A stretch of 64,000 nucleotides of DNA, from assembly GCA_002269645.1 (NCBI GenBank), contig NIVC01000659.1, positions 1-64,000 on the forward strand. The letters are read 5' to 3'. Below are positions 1-13,420 of this stretch, piece by piece. Numbering within the stretch: the first letter of the stretch is position 1; every line of letters begins with the position of its first letter. The notes beneath the pieces are model-generated. The model was not told the origin of the DNA. It worked only from the letters and a program-made list of their open reading frames with translations, and did not search any database. Made by a program: the position numbers and the translations under genes. The stretch comes from Macrostomum lignano. Lineage: Eukaryota.

Positions 1-267
1 TCTGTTTCTTTGTCACCGTAATCTTCTTTAAAAGAATGGATTCACGCGGCTGTCACAGGCAGTTCAGCCAAAAAAAATAACTTTTTTGTTGCTTTGGAAT
101 GGACTTGGCTGAAAGCATGGCGCCCATTTGCAACATGGTGAACGTTTTCAGTGTTTGGCTTCACTGCAGACAGTCAGTCATCGGCAGGGAGGCCGGAACA
201 TGGCGTTCAAGACTGTGCCGCAGGAGGTAGACTTCGCTGTGGAAATACATCGCCTTGCTCGCGAGGG

Positions 268-1075
268 TGTCAGGATTGGCGCTACTTTTAGTGTCAGGAT
301 TGGCGCCAGATTTAGTGTGAGGATTGGCGCAACTTTCTAGTGTCAGGACTGGCGCCACTTTTAGTTTCAGAACTGGCGCCACATTTAGTGTGAGGATTGG
401 CGCCACTTTTAGTATCAGGACTGGTGCCACTTTAGGTGTCAGCATTGGTGCCACATTTGGTGTAAGGATTGGCGCCTCTTTTGGTGTCAGGCTTGGCGCC
501 ATTTTTCGTATCAGTATTGGCGTCATTTTTGTGTCAGTATTGGCGCCACTTTTAGTGACAGGATTGGCGCCACTTTTGGTGTCAGGATTGGCGCCACTTT
601 TAATGACAGGATTGGCGCCACTTTTGGTGTCAGTATTGGCGCCACTTTTAGTGACAGGATTGGCGCCACTTTTGGTGTCAGGATTGGCGCCACTTTTAAT
701 GACAGGATTGCGCCACTTTTAGTGACAGTATTGGCGCCACTTTTTGTGTCAGAATTGGCGCCACTTTTGGTGTGAGGATTGGCGCCACTTTTGGTGTCAG
801 GATTGGTGCCACTTTTGGTGACATGATTGGCGCCACTTTTTGTGTCAGAATTGGCGCCACTTTTGGTGTGAGGATTGGCGCCACTTTTGTGTCAGGATTG
901 GTGCCACTTTTGGTGACATGATTGGCGCCACTTTTGGTGTGAGGATTGGCGCCACTTTTGGTGTCAGGATTGGTGCCACTTTTGGTGTCAGAATTGGCGC
1001 CACTTTTGGTGTGAGGATTGGCGCCATTTTTGGTGTGAGGATTGGCGCCTCTTTTGGTGTGAGCAGAGGCGCCAT
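268..1075. repeat. 24-bp minisatellite (GTGTCAGGATTGGCGCCACTTTTG-like)
   Basis: Visible tandem units with a TTGGCGCC core; the 8-aa periodicity (TPKVAPIL) of the overlapping ORFs gives a 24-bp period. Confidence 0.95.
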
Positions 1076-2283
1076 CAAGAGTTACACGCAGACGGTTGCA
1101 GAGGGTGCTTCCAACTCCATAGTCAAGAAGATGTTGAGCGCCCTGGTCGGGAAGCTGGGCTCTGCCTCATATTATATTTTATTCTGTAAACTTCCGTGAG
1201 GGTGGCGGGCCACTTTTTCTATGAAACAGCGTCTGGGCCTTGTTTTTTATCAGTTTTCATTTAAGCGAAAGACTTATTTGACTGGCAATAAATATAAATC
1301 TCGTCTAGAAAGTGGATGGTTATTTCGTAGATAAGTCTGCTTTCCTCTGCGCGTTGTCAAAGAAAGAAGTTGCTTGTCTCAAATTTGGGTTTGTGTGGTT
1401 GCATAGCGCTGACGTCATCATAATATTTATGGCGCTTGTTTTACGAGCTATAGCTGCTTTGTTTAATTCTTCAAGATATTTTTCTGGCGTTTCTCTGAGT
1501 TTAGTTGCTAAGCGTGGCTGCAGAGTCTACCGCTGACAAGAAGAATGCCACAGTCACCTCACTCGCGTCTTGTGTGCACAGAAATTGGTCAGCCAGTGGG
1601 TTGTCATGACGATTGGAAAGCCAAAGAGCCGCTGTACACCCCGTGTGAGCATGGGTATGAGTGCATTCCTGCGTGTACATTATCAAGCAGGCAACAATTG
1701 CAGACCAAAAACCTGCAAACAATTGCTGTCAACACAGTCCAGCACAGGACACAGTGCTTGCTTATATCAATGTAGCATGCAGGTGCAGCATTTACCCACA
1801 GATCAAAGGGGCCGCACTCCAAGTTGAGTATAGGAGCGGCAGTGTGCAATAGTCACCATGCGATACGGGGATTCAGTCAGTTCTCAGAGGGAATTGTCTG
1901 GGGCTGGGTTTAATTCCGTATGGGAAGAATCGATAGGGGACTTGGGTTGCGCATTAACGCTAGTGGAGAAGGCAGTGCCATTGTGTGGCAATCAATGTGC
2001 GGGGTCAGTGTGTGTGTGTGTGTGTGTGTGTGCAGCATAGTATTTCTACTGCCATTCATAAGCTATTTCGGAACTCCAATAGCTCGACTTTACAGGCCAC
2101 AGCTTAAAAAATAGCAAAATGTAATAATGAGATTCATTTGGACTGTTTCTTGAGTCCTAATTTGACAATTAGCCACCTCGGACGCAGTGGCCATAAGGAG
2201 TAGGCATGGCGGCCAACTAATTTAATTTGTCAACTAAACTGGTGAGTGTGAGAACACAACTTAAAAACAAAAAATATAGTCTG

Positions 2284-2432
2284 TGGCGCTAAATTGGCGC
2301 TAAAATCCCAACAGTGGCGCTAAATTGGCGCTAAAATCTCAACAGTGGCGCTAAATTGGCGCTAAAATCTCGGCTGTATCGCTAACTTGGCGCAAAAATC
2401 CTAACAGTGGCGCTAAATTGGCGCTAAAATCT
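2284..2432. repeat. GGCGCTAAAT(T) short tandem array; reverse-complement-like copy at 3303-3385
   Basis: ggcgctaaattggcgctaaaat units here; ttttagcgccaatt / taagcgcc units at 3303-3385. Confidence 0.75.
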
Positions 2433-3607
2433 AGTTGAGAGAGCGGGCCAGTGTTTGAGACAGGAAAGGAGAGGGAATAGAGAAGAGAGAAAACGACAGA
2501 GCTGAGAAGAGACACAAGCCTTGAGCGGGCCGGATTGCTATTGTGAAGTTTCAAAGGACCCGAGGGCCGGATAGAGAGACTTTGCGGACCGGAGGTTGCT
2601 ATCTCTAGCGACTGAAGATCATGAAGAGCATGTCCTAAAGAATGGCAAATTTGGCACCATTTTTCCTATGATCTGTATGAAATAGAAATTCTGCAACAAA
2701 AAATTGTAATGATAAAATTAATCTAATATGGTCCCGGCTGACACCTCAATTACAAAATTCTTGACACTGTATTTGGGGAATTCTCTCTTGAAAGGAGACA
2801 CTGTGCATGCTCGGGGGGGTTCGGCAGGGTGGGTCATCAATCTTGGAAGCTGGGCGGGCAGCCAACTATTATAAAGATGAAGAGCCGTAGCCAATGCACC
2901 CGACATTTATGCCTCGGTAGATCGCTTTGGAAAGGATATCCCATCTCCATCATTTTGAGGATTTTGAGCACAACCAAGCCCTACTCAAGCCTACACTAGC
3001 CACATAGGTGCTCTCCGCCTTCCAGCTCTAGCGCTCATTCTTCATGCAAATTCCTTGGCCAAGCAGCGGGGGGGTATTTACGAAAATTATGCAAAACTGG
3101 AGCATCATCTATCATTTGTCCTTGGGAAGATTAATAGACTTTCTCTCCTGCATTCCTTCGGGTTCGAGCGGATCCAACGATTTCAGACAAAATCTGAGGG
3201 ATCTCAATCATTTTGTGGAGCGTCCGTAGTTTTTGCGCTGGCCGTTCTACGCTTTTCTATTTGAATATTGTTATTAGTGTTGGTATTATTATTATTATTG
3301 TTTAAGCGCCGGTTAAGCGCCAAATTTTAGCGCCAATTGAGCGCCAAATATTAGCGCCGGTTAAGCGCCAAATTTTAGCGCCGGTAAGGGGTCCCTGGCC
3401 ATTTTTACCTCCCCTAGATGGGTCCCCCATTGTAGTTGAGCCCCCAGCTAAAAATAATTAATTATTAATTCCTTACCTAATATATTATAAAACATAAAGT
3501 TTAGAGTACGGGAGATAAAGATTCTCAAAACAAACAATACAAACTATCATACTGTATTAGAATTTAATTAACAAAATAATACATAAATTTGCGTCCCGAC
3601 TAGGATA

Positions 3608-3790
3608 CAATCCTTGTTCTGGCGCTCCCTAATCCTTGTTCTGGCACTCCCTAATCCTTGTTCTGGCGCTCTCTAATCCTGGTTCTGCGCTCCCTAATCC
3701 TTGTTCTGACACTCTCTAATCCTTGTTCTGGCGCTCTCTAATCCTTATTCTGGCGCTCTCTAATCCTTGTTCTGGCGCTCTCTAATCAAC
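3608..3790. repeat. 22-bp minisatellite (TAATCCTTGTTCTGGCGCTCTC)
   Basis: About 8 visible tandem units. Confidence 0.9.
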
Positions 3791-4469
3791 CAACAAGCTT
3801 TGAAATAGATTCATTATTTGCTTAAAAAGATTCCAAATTACAGTTTTGTACAAAGCAGAATCAGTCTATTTATGCTAAGAAATAATTGCCCCTGGCTTAG
3901 TCTCTCATTGTTTGGGAAGAATTGGGAAGCTGCCGCCGCCACAGCAGCTCCAAGCCCCGAAACCCGGCCCGGGGGAAGCGGCACCCCCTGTTCGGGCAGT
4001 GTGTGCGGAAGCGTTGTTCATAGTGAAAATTTATGACCCTGTGTTATACCAACTCCTGGCTGCTGGAGCCTTGTTGTCGTTGCGGACTTGACAGAGAGAA
4101 TAAGGTGGCCGACCCCACCCCCCCCCCCCGATGAGGGATTGTGCGCTGCCCGCCGGGGTAACCAGCTGCAGGTTATAAATTATTGCTGCCCAAATACTCC
4201 TGGACCCTAGAGCTCCGGGATTTTCTGCTTGGAATTGCATTGGGTTTCTGCTTGTTTGGGGTGGGGGGGGGCAAGGGGATCTGGAAATACTTTGTGCTGG
4301 GGATATAATGAGCGGCTTTGGTTGTCTCTCTTGGAGGGTGCGGTGCAGGGAGTGCAACTGTTCGCGCTTCGAAAGCTTAACTGAGCACACGGAGTCGCCG
4401 CCCTCCGCTGAGGAGCTGATGCGGCAGAGAGACTGACGAGAGTTACTTGTTCTATGCTATATGGAAGAA

Positions 4470-5480
4470 CAACTCAGAGAATCACTCCTAGGGAAGAATG
4501 TCCAACTCGGAGAATCACTCCTAGGGAAGAATGTCCAACTCGGAGAATCACTCCTAGGGAAGAATGTCCAACTCGGAGAATCACTCCTAGGGAAGAATGT
4601 CCAACTCAGAGAATCACTCCTGGGGAAGAATGTCCAACTCAGAGAATCACTCCTAGGGAAGAATGTCCAACTCAGAGAATCACTCCTAGGGAAGAATGTC
4701 CAACTCGGAGAATCACTCCTAGGGAAGAATGTCCAACTCGGAGAATCACTCCTAGGTAAGAATGTCACTCAGAGAATCACTCTAAGTAAACAATGTCACT
4801 CGGAGAATCACTCCTAGGGAAGAATGTCACTCGGAGATTCACTCCTAGGGAAGAATGTCACTCAGAGAATCACTCCTAGAGAAAAATGTCCAACTCGGAG
4901 ATTCACTCCTAGGAAGAATGTCACTCAGAGAATCACTCCTAGAGAAAAATGTCCAACTCGGAGAATCACTCCTAGGAAAGAATGTCACTAAGAGAATCAC
5001 TCCTAGTTAACAATGTCACTCAGAGAATCACTCCTAGTTAACAATGTCACTCGGAGAATCACTCCTAGAGAAAAATGTCCAACTCGGAGAATCACTCCTA
5101 GAGAAAAATGTCCAACTCGGAGAATCACTCCTAGAGAAAAATGTCCAACTCGGAGAATCACTCCTAGAGAAAAATGTCCAACTCGGAGAATCACTCCTAG
5201 AGAAAAATGTCCAACTCGGAGAATCACTCCTAGGGAAGAATGTCACTCAGAGAATCATTCTAAGTAAACAATGTCACTCGGAGAATCACTCCTAGTAAAA
5301 AATGTCACTCGGAGAATCACTCCTAGGGAAGAATGTCACTGGGAGATTCACTCCTAGTGAAGAATGTCACTCAGAGAATCACTCCAAGTAAACAATGTCA
5401 TCAGAGAATCACTCCAAGTAAAAAATGTCACTCGGAGAATCACTCCTAGTAAAAAATGTCACTCGGAGAATCACTCATCG
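4470..5480. repeat. ~33-bp minisatellite (GGAGAATCACTCCTAGGGAAGAATGTCCAACTC)
   Basis: Tandem units; overlapping ORFs show 11-aa periodicity. Confidence 0.95.
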
Positions 5481-5794
5481 CTGCATCAATTCCATTCATT
5501 TTGCATCAACCAATCAGCTGTAGATTATTGAAAAAAAGGATAATATATATTTTAGAGTCCGATTGCACACGACACGGCTGCAGTTGCTATGGTAAGGGAG
5601 CTGTGCATCGAAGCTTTATGCATGGATATATATAAATGTATGTTTATTTGTTAGTCCATATATATATAGTTCAGTGGCGTCGATCTATAAAGTAATTTCG
5701 TATATAGGTGGAGCAATGCCATAAATTCACTGCCCCTCGTGTTAGGCAGATAGCAATAACCAAGTTATAGTTATGATGATGAAGCCAGACTCAC

Positions 5795-6104
5795 CTCCGC
5801 TTGCAGACGCTGTTCCGCAGTCCAGCTGCCCAACCAGGTGCTGGTGACTCGCGTCGCTGGCGACTGCTGCAGCAGTGGAAGCGGCAGCGGTGGCTGCAGT
5901 GACAGCTGGAGCAGCCTTGCCAGACTGTCCAGCAGCTCTGGACAGTGCAGCAGCGGTGGACTTGTTCGTGGCGGAGTTGTGCCGAGTCTCCAGCATCCAT
6001 GGATAGATCGGGTGATGCAGCATTCCAACTCCGCCTCCGTTCTGTTGTCTGACTCCGTGATGCTGGTGATGATGCTGCTGTTGGTGTCCGTGGACATTTG
6101 TCAT
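5795..6104 (-). CDS. Hox3: Hox gene exon with hexapeptide, Hox3-like; homeobox exon not found in the window (probably left of base 1)
   Basis: MTNVHGHQQQHHHQHH...HPIYPWMLETRHNSATNK... with IYPWM at 6008-5994, His/Gln- and Ala-rich tracts and a perfect donor AG|GTGAGT at 5795/5794 (phase 1). PWMLETRHNS resembles vertebrate group-3 IFPWMKESRQNS. At least 65 aa separate the hexapeptide from the intron, and miR-993 lies upstream. No WFQNRR-type sequence was found in 1-5794. The frame is open upstream of ATG 6104, so further 5' coding sequence is possible. Confidence 0.72.
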
Positions 6105-7244
6105 GATGTCTGACTTGGACGCAATAAAACTCGAGACTTTGACGATGAAATGTTCGCAGTTGCAGAATTCGGAGTTGCAGAGCCGCCGCCACTATTTTGG
6201 CAATTAGACCTCTAGAGATTGGGGAGTTTCTCCTCTTCGCCCCAGGGGCTAATGCGGCGGTGGGATCTGTGGGGTGGCGGGCAATGGGGAGGGGAGAGCG
6301 GCGCTTTGGTTGGCTGGGATGTGGAGCCTCTCCGAAATATCCCCTTTCCCTCGCTGCATATGGGTCCAGTCCAGGCTTAGCCAACAACACTCTGTCAGAA
6401 GCGGGCGGCGGCGGCGTGTCCAGAAGAGAAAAAGAGAGAGAGGGAGACAAGGAAAAATAATACGGCTTATTTTTGTCGGGCCGCTTCTAACTGGCCTTTG
6501 ATCTCTGTGCGTGTGTCTGTTGTGTGTGTCTGCATTTCTGATCCGATCTGAGCTTCAGAAGTTTAACTACCGCCAGCCCCAAGCTGCACCACCCGAAGCA
6601 AAGTGGCTGGCGGACCCCCCCCCGCCTCCCCCCCTCTCTCTCCCTATGCGGAAGTAGTAGTTTTTTTCGACTCGGCATTTCTGTAACAGACACCCCGTTG
6701 TGGTGCAATGTTAGATTGTGCGCAACTGCCCCAGCAAGCTGACTGTAGCGGCACTGCTAGATGTAGGTGTCCATCGAACCCATCTTTTTCCGATTGGATG
6801 CTCACAACAGAGGAAGGATGTGCTGGTTGGCTACTGGAAGAGATTAAGAAGTGTTTAGAAGTGTTGCGGAGAGAACATTCGGATCTGCATTCGATGGGGA
6901 GGGGGTTTAGGGACGGCGGAGCGGGGGGAGAGAGAAGGGGAGACTTGGTTGGGGATAACAGCGGGGTTCAGAGGAAGCGGCGGTCCCCCGCTGTTGCGAC
7001 GCCAAAAGCACAAAGTGGCCGCCACTCTTCCAGCTGACTTCGCTTGTCCAAATTATAATGTAATTTTGCATGCATAGCAGCTTTTACATGTAACTGACAA
7101 CTGCAGGATGGGTGAGCCTTTTTTTCCCAATGCCTTGTTCATATCGGGTTTAATTTTGCCTGTGCCTATGACAATCACACCTGTTTTTGTGTCCTCCACT
7201 GTTGAAAAAGGCTTTTGAAGCTGCTATATGAGTCTTGGAGATGA

Positions 7245-8770
7245 CCTGAGTCTTGAATATGACCTCTGAATCTTGAATATGACCGCTGAATCTTGAATAT
7301 GTCCTCTGAGTCTTGAATATGACCTCTGAGTCTTGAATATGACCTCTGAATCTTGAATATGACCTCTGAGTCTTGAATATGATCCCTGAGTCTTGAATAT
7401 GACCTCTGAGTCTTGAATATGACCTCTGAGTCTTGAATATGACCTCTGAGTCTTGAATATGATCCCTGAGTCTTGAATATGACCTCTGAGTCTTGAATAT
7501 GACCTCTGAGTCTTGAATATGACCTCTGAGTCTTGAATATGACCTCTGAGTCTTGAATATGACCTCTGAGTCTTGAATGTGACCTCTGAGTCTTGAATAT
7601 GACCTCTGGGTCTTGAATATGACCTCTGAGTCTTGAATATGACCTCTGAGTCTTGAATATGACCTCTGAGTCTTGAATATGACCTCTGAGTCTTGAATAT
7701 GACCTCTGAGTCTTGAATATGTCCTCTGAGTCTTGAATATGACCTCTGAGTCTTGAATATGACCTCTGAATCTTGAATATGACCTCTGAGTCTTGAATAT
7801 GATCCCTGAGTCTTGAATATGACCTCTGAGTCTTGAATATGACCTCTGAGTCTTGAATATGACCTCTGAGTCTTGAATATGATCCCTGAGTCTTGAATAT
7901 GACCTCTGAGTCTTGAATATGACCTCTGGTCTTGAATATGACCTCTGAGTCTTGAATATGACCTCTGAGTCTTGAATATGACCTCTGAGTCTTGAATATG
8001 ACCTCTGAGTCTTGAATATGACCTCTGAGTCTTGAATATGTCCTCTGAGTCTTGAATATGACCTCTGAGTCTTGAATATGACCTCTGAATCTTGAATATG
8101 ACCTCTGAGTCTTGAATATGATCCCTGAGTCTTGAATATGACCTCTGAGTCTTGAATATGACCTCTGAGTCTTGAATATGATCCCTGAGTCTTGAATGTG
8201 ACCTCTGAGTCTTGAATATGACCTCTGGGTCTTGAATATGACCTCTGAGTCTTGAATATGACCTCTGAGTCTTGAATATGACCTCTGAGTCTTGAATATG
8301 ACCTCTGAGTCTTGAATATGACCTCTGAGTCTTGAATATGTCCTCTGAGTCTTGAATATGACCTCTGAGTCTTGAATATGACCTCTGAATCTTGAATATG
8401 ACCTCTGAGTCTTGAATATGATCCCTGAGTCTTGAATATGACCTCTGAGTCTTGAATATGACCTCTGAGTCTTGAATATGACCTCTGAGTCTTGAATATG
8501 ATCCCTGAGTCTTGAATATGACCTCTGAGTCTTGAATATGACCTCTGAGTCTTGAATATGACCTCTGAGTCTTGAATATGACCTCTGAGTCTTGAATATG
8601 ACCTCTGAGTCTTGAATATGACCTCTGAGTCTTGAATATGACCTCTGAGTCTTGAATATGACCTCTGAGTCTTGAATATGATCCCTGAGTCTTGAATATG
8701 ACCTCTGGGTCTTGAATATGACCTCTGAGTCTTGAATATGACCCCTGAGTCTTGAATATGATCCTTGAGT
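7245..8770. repeat. 20-bp minisatellite (GACCTCTGAGTCTTGAATAT), ~75 copies
   Basis: Highly regular tandem array; explains the spurious 563-aa ORF 7150-8841. Confidence 0.97.
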
Positions 8771-9321
8771 CCTGAATAAGATTTCTGATTATTTAATATT
8801 ATCCTAAACTGAAATCCCCATTTGCAAACAACTAATCCCATAGTTCTAAATTAGAAACCATTTCCTGAAATCAGAACCGTTGCCATATCGTTATACAAAC
8901 TAGCTCGTAAATGAAGCTGCACTCCTTGAGCAAGTTCCTTTGCTTTCCTTTGCTTTACTTGACTTTCACCAAGATTTATAGTTGAATAAAAAGAGGCCAA
9001 GTTGCCCCAACCCCCATGATTCCCCATCAAAGCCTAATTTTTCTGACAAGGCAAAGGTGTCGGAGAGCAACTCTCAGTTCTAGTAGTGGGAAATCTATTT
9101 TGAATTCAAGTGGAAGTGATGGAGGTGTCAGAGCGGCTGAAGTGGTCTGCATTCACGCTCACAGTTCCACTTAAGTAAGTCTGTCTTGACTTCTTCCACG
9201 ACTGACTATAGCGGAGACCTTGCGCAAGGACCTCAGATAACTGGACTGTGGAAGCCAGTGCGGTAAAACAATCGAACCTCTTTATTGAGGTGCGAAATCC
9301 GGATTGGCTTCCAAACCCCTA

Positions 9322-9552
9322 CATTGTGAAGATTGTATAGTTTGTGAATATTGTACAGTTTGTGAAGATTCTATAGTTTGTGAAGATTGTACAGTTTGTG
9401 AAGATTCTATAGTTTGTGAATATTGTACAGTTTGTGAAGATTCTATAGTTTGTGAAGATTGTACAGTTTGTGAGGATTCTATAGTTTGTGAATATTGTAC
9501 AGTTTGTGAAGATTCTATAGTTTGTGAAGATTGTACAGTTTGTGAAGATTCT
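9322..9552. repeat. 18-bp minisatellite with alternating variants (36-bp higher-order unit)
   Basis: AGTTTGTGAAGATTCTAT alternates with AGTTTGTGAA(G/T)ATTGTAC. Confidence 0.92.
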
Positions 9553-10164
9553 CATTTTTGTATTTGGATTTAATTCAAAATATAACTCACATTCGATCCT
9601 GTGCCTTTTAAAACAACCGTTCGGATTGCTATCATATTAGTTTAAGTGACTTACGAGTGACTTGCAACATTCGAAGGACTCTCCAATATTGGAAATTGGC
9701 ATTATTATTGTTATACACGGTGTAAAGTCGCAGTTTGGTTCATTTCCAGATTGTAGATTAGGCCGAACATCCACTATTTAGATCTTTGAGTTCGATAAAT
9801 TTGACCGAGTCGATTCTACAACTCCATGTCAGCTGGGGAGAGCCAACAGATCTTTATCTGAGTGATCGATCAACCCGTGAGTGGATCATCACGGGTCATT
9901 GGCGTGCCAGGCAATGTAGACAGCCAAAACAAGTTCTATTGTTCTACAATACACTGAACAGGGCCGGTTAAAAAAAACAAACTACTGCTTGATTTCGGAT
10001 TCCTAAAAGTGGTTTTTTCCAGACGGAGGTAACGTGAAAAATGTCAATATGGTGATTAACACCTATGGGTATTACGATAAGACATTAATACTCGCTGTTA
10101 CGAACGTGTTTAAATAGCGTGTATATGACGCGTGACTTTGAGCGTCGTACAAAAACCACATTCT

Positions 10165-10530
10165 TCTCACTCTCTCCACTCCGATCCCCTCTCTCTTGTC
10201 CCTCTCTCCCGTCTCTCCCCTACCCTCTATCCTCTCCCGTCTCTCCTCTCCCCTCTCTCCCCTCCCCTCTATCCTCTCCCTCTCTTCTCTCCTCCCCTCT
10301 CCCCTCTCTCCTCTCCCCCTCTCTCTTCTCCCCTCTCTCCCCTCTCCTCTCTCCCCTCTCCTCTCACCTCCCTCCTCTCTTCTCCATTCTCTCCCCTCTC
10401 TCCCCTCTTCTCTCTCCTTACTCCTCTCTCCTCTCTCCTCTCTCCTCTCTCCTCTCTCCTCTCTCCTCTCTCCTCTCTCCTCTCTCCTCTCTCCTCTTTC
10501 CTATATCCTCTCTCCTCTTCTCTCTCGCGA
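10165..10530. repeat. CT-rich polypyrimidine low-complexity tract
   Basis: Almost exclusively C/T, with CTCCTCT motifs. Confidence 0.9.
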
Positions 10531-10789
10531 GTGCATACAGATTAAAGTAAGATTGCGTTTCTGTAAGGTTGAAGAAATATTGGTGTAGGTAAAGTTCGAT
10601 CCAGAATCAGATATTTTCAAATTGAAGAAGCATCAATATAGTAATCGTTTTTAGGCATTTTCGAATGCCTAAAATTTAGCGAACTCATGTCTCGAACGGA
10701 CTGCTACCACAAATTATATACTTTAGATTGCACACAAACGTATAATAAATGTTGCACAGTCTTCACGAAGACTTGGTCCCGCCCAACCA

Positions 10790-10797
10790 ATCAATCA
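10790..10797 (-). promoter_or_regulatory. Pbx/Exd-Hox composite site TGATTGAT (candidate auto/cross-regulatory element)
   Basis: ATCAATCA on the + strand, in a unique non-repetitive island 4.7 kb upstream of the Hox exon. An 8-mer can occur by chance. Confidence 0.3.
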
Positions 10798-11257
10798 TAT
10801 TGTGGACATTCGACCTACTAGTGGCCTCCACAATGGCTTTGAATTGATGGCAGGAGCGTGGCGGGTCAGGACTCAGCGGCAGGGGTGCTGGGGGGCCACG
10901 GATGGCCCAACGGAATTCTGAGCAGATACGCGAATGCGGCAATTATATACCCACTGTATGCTGATCAGGAAATCTCATCCTTCTTCTTCTGCTTCTGCTT
11001 CCGCGGGACGGACGCCGCCAGCCCTACCCACACATTTTCGTTTGGTAATATTTTTATGCAAATCAGACATGGCAATGGGCCTGTTTCATTTGTGCGTGAG
11101 ATTGCACAATACTCAAACTGGATTGGTGTTATGATGGTGGTATATCCATTCTAGCAAACCGCTAATTAGGAACATCTTCCGCAAACATTTTCTTGCAAAG
11201 ATGTCAGCTTACTTTCAGTTTTAAGCTTGTTGAAATTTTTGGGTCATTGTCCTTATT

Positions 11258-11955
11258 AAGGGTCATTCAGGTATTGGGTCATTCAGGTATTGGGTCATTC
11301 AGGTATTGGGTCATTCAGGTATTGGGTCATTCAGGTATTGGGTCATTCAGGTATTGGGGTCATTCAGGTATTGGGGTCATTCAGGTATTGGGGTCATTCA
11401 GGTATTGGGGTCATTCAGGTATTGGGGTCATTCAGGTATTGGGGTCATTCAGGTATTGGGGTCATTCAGGTATTGGGGTCATTCAGGTATTGGGGTCATT
11501 CAGGTATTGGGTCATTCAGGTATTGGGGTCATTCAGGTATTGGGGTCATTCAGGTATTGGGGTCATTCAGGTATTGGGGTCATTCAGGTATTGGGGTCAT
11601 TCAGGTATTGGGGTCATTCAGGTATTGGGGTCATTGAGTCGTTGGAGTCATTCAGGTATTGGGGTCATTCAGGTATTGGGATGATTCAGGTATTGGGGCC
11701 ATTCAGGTATTGGGTCATTCAGGTATTGGGGTCATTCAAGTATTGGGGTCATTCAGAGTATTGGGGCCATTGAGTCATTGAGGTCATTGGGGCATTGAGG
11801 TCATTTAGGTATTGGAGTTATTTAGGTAGTGGGGTCATTCGGGTATTGGGTCATTCAGGCATTGGGTCATTCAGGTATTGGAGTCATTGAGTCATTGGGG
11901 TCATTTAGGTATTGGGGTCATTTAGGTATTGGGGTCATTCAGATATTGGGGTCAT
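11258..11955. repeat. 17/18-bp minisatellite (GTCATTCAGGTATTGGG[G])
   Basis: Tandem array that degenerates towards its right end. Confidence 0.95.
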
Positions 11956-12219
11956 TGAGAACTTTTTGGAATTAGGAAACAATTAATTACTGCCACTGTT
12001 CTCTTTTCACAGTTCACAGACATGAAATGCGGAGATTGTTATCAAACTTCCAATCCGAAATAAATTGGGCTCTGAATTCACGCATGCAAAACTTGATAAT
12101 GGTTATTAAGTCATAAATCACTGCTCAATTCGGTGAGTAGATCTTTCGAGCTCGAACTGGATTCGTGGCGTTGCGACATGAATAATCTCAGATCTGAGTA
12201 GAAGCAACTATGATGATGC

Positions 12220-12880
<661 letters not shown>

Positions 12881-13136
12881 GCTCTCGCAGATTGGTACTT
12901 CTGCTTCTGCAAAGCAGACCCTCAAGCCTGCATCCCGCAGTTGCCAAGGAGGCATGCCAGTAAGCATCGGGATCGGATGGGTTCCGTCTCTTCCTTGCGT
13001 CTTCGCAGACCCTTCCTTCACAGCAGCAGCATATAAGGGAAGCTGGTCTCTAGCCTATAGATTAGAGACCTGTAAGGGATGGGCAGGCAGATAAAATATT
13101 TTATAATTTATGGCCCTATAGATGGGCCTCTTTCCA

Positions 13137-13137
13137 G

Positions 13138-13193
<56 letters not shown>

Positions 13194-13420
13194 CATGGCA
13201 ATGTGGCCATTCAAATCTCAAGAGGTAAGAGAGAGGGGGAGACAGAGGAGAGAGGGGAGACAGAGGAGAGAGGGGAGACAGAGGAGAGAGGGGGAGACAG
13301 AGGAGAGAGGGGAGACAGAGGAGAGAGGGGAGACAGAGGAGAGAGGGAAACAGAGGGAGACAAAGAAAAGAGGGAGATAGAGGTGAGAGAGATAGAGAGA
13401 GAGAGAGAGACAGAGGGAGA
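13137..13420. repeat. (GCCT)n microsatellite followed by a GA-rich tract
   Basis: Directly visible. Confidence 0.9.

Noticed and set aside
4031-4390. GC-rich ORF in the Hox intron as a possible homeobox exon; ACCCTGT miR-10-like seed at ~4036
   Set aside because: No homeodomain residues and no pairing arm for a pre-miRNA.
5791-6450. 219-aa minus-strand ORF and plus-strand ORFs overlapping the Hox exon
   Set aside because: Alternative frames of a GC-rich exon and promoter region; only the YPWM frame has recognisable motifs and a matching donor.
6875-6895. Minus-strand TGCAGATCCGAATGTT resembling the 3' part of miR-10
   Set aside because: The ACCCUGU seed is absent and no hairpin is evident.
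7245-8770. Regular short repeats superficially like a CRISPR array
   Set aside because: No unique spacers, no cas genes and a eukaryotic context.
7150-8841. 563-aa ORF, and similar long ORFs at 161-1199, 4454-5295, 11193-11773, 12210-12881, 15809-16354, 17955-20499, 28574-29527, 43173-44171, 54823-55536 and 57980-58528
   Set aside because: They are translations of mini/microsatellites, open in several frames on both strands, with no non-repetitive coding content.
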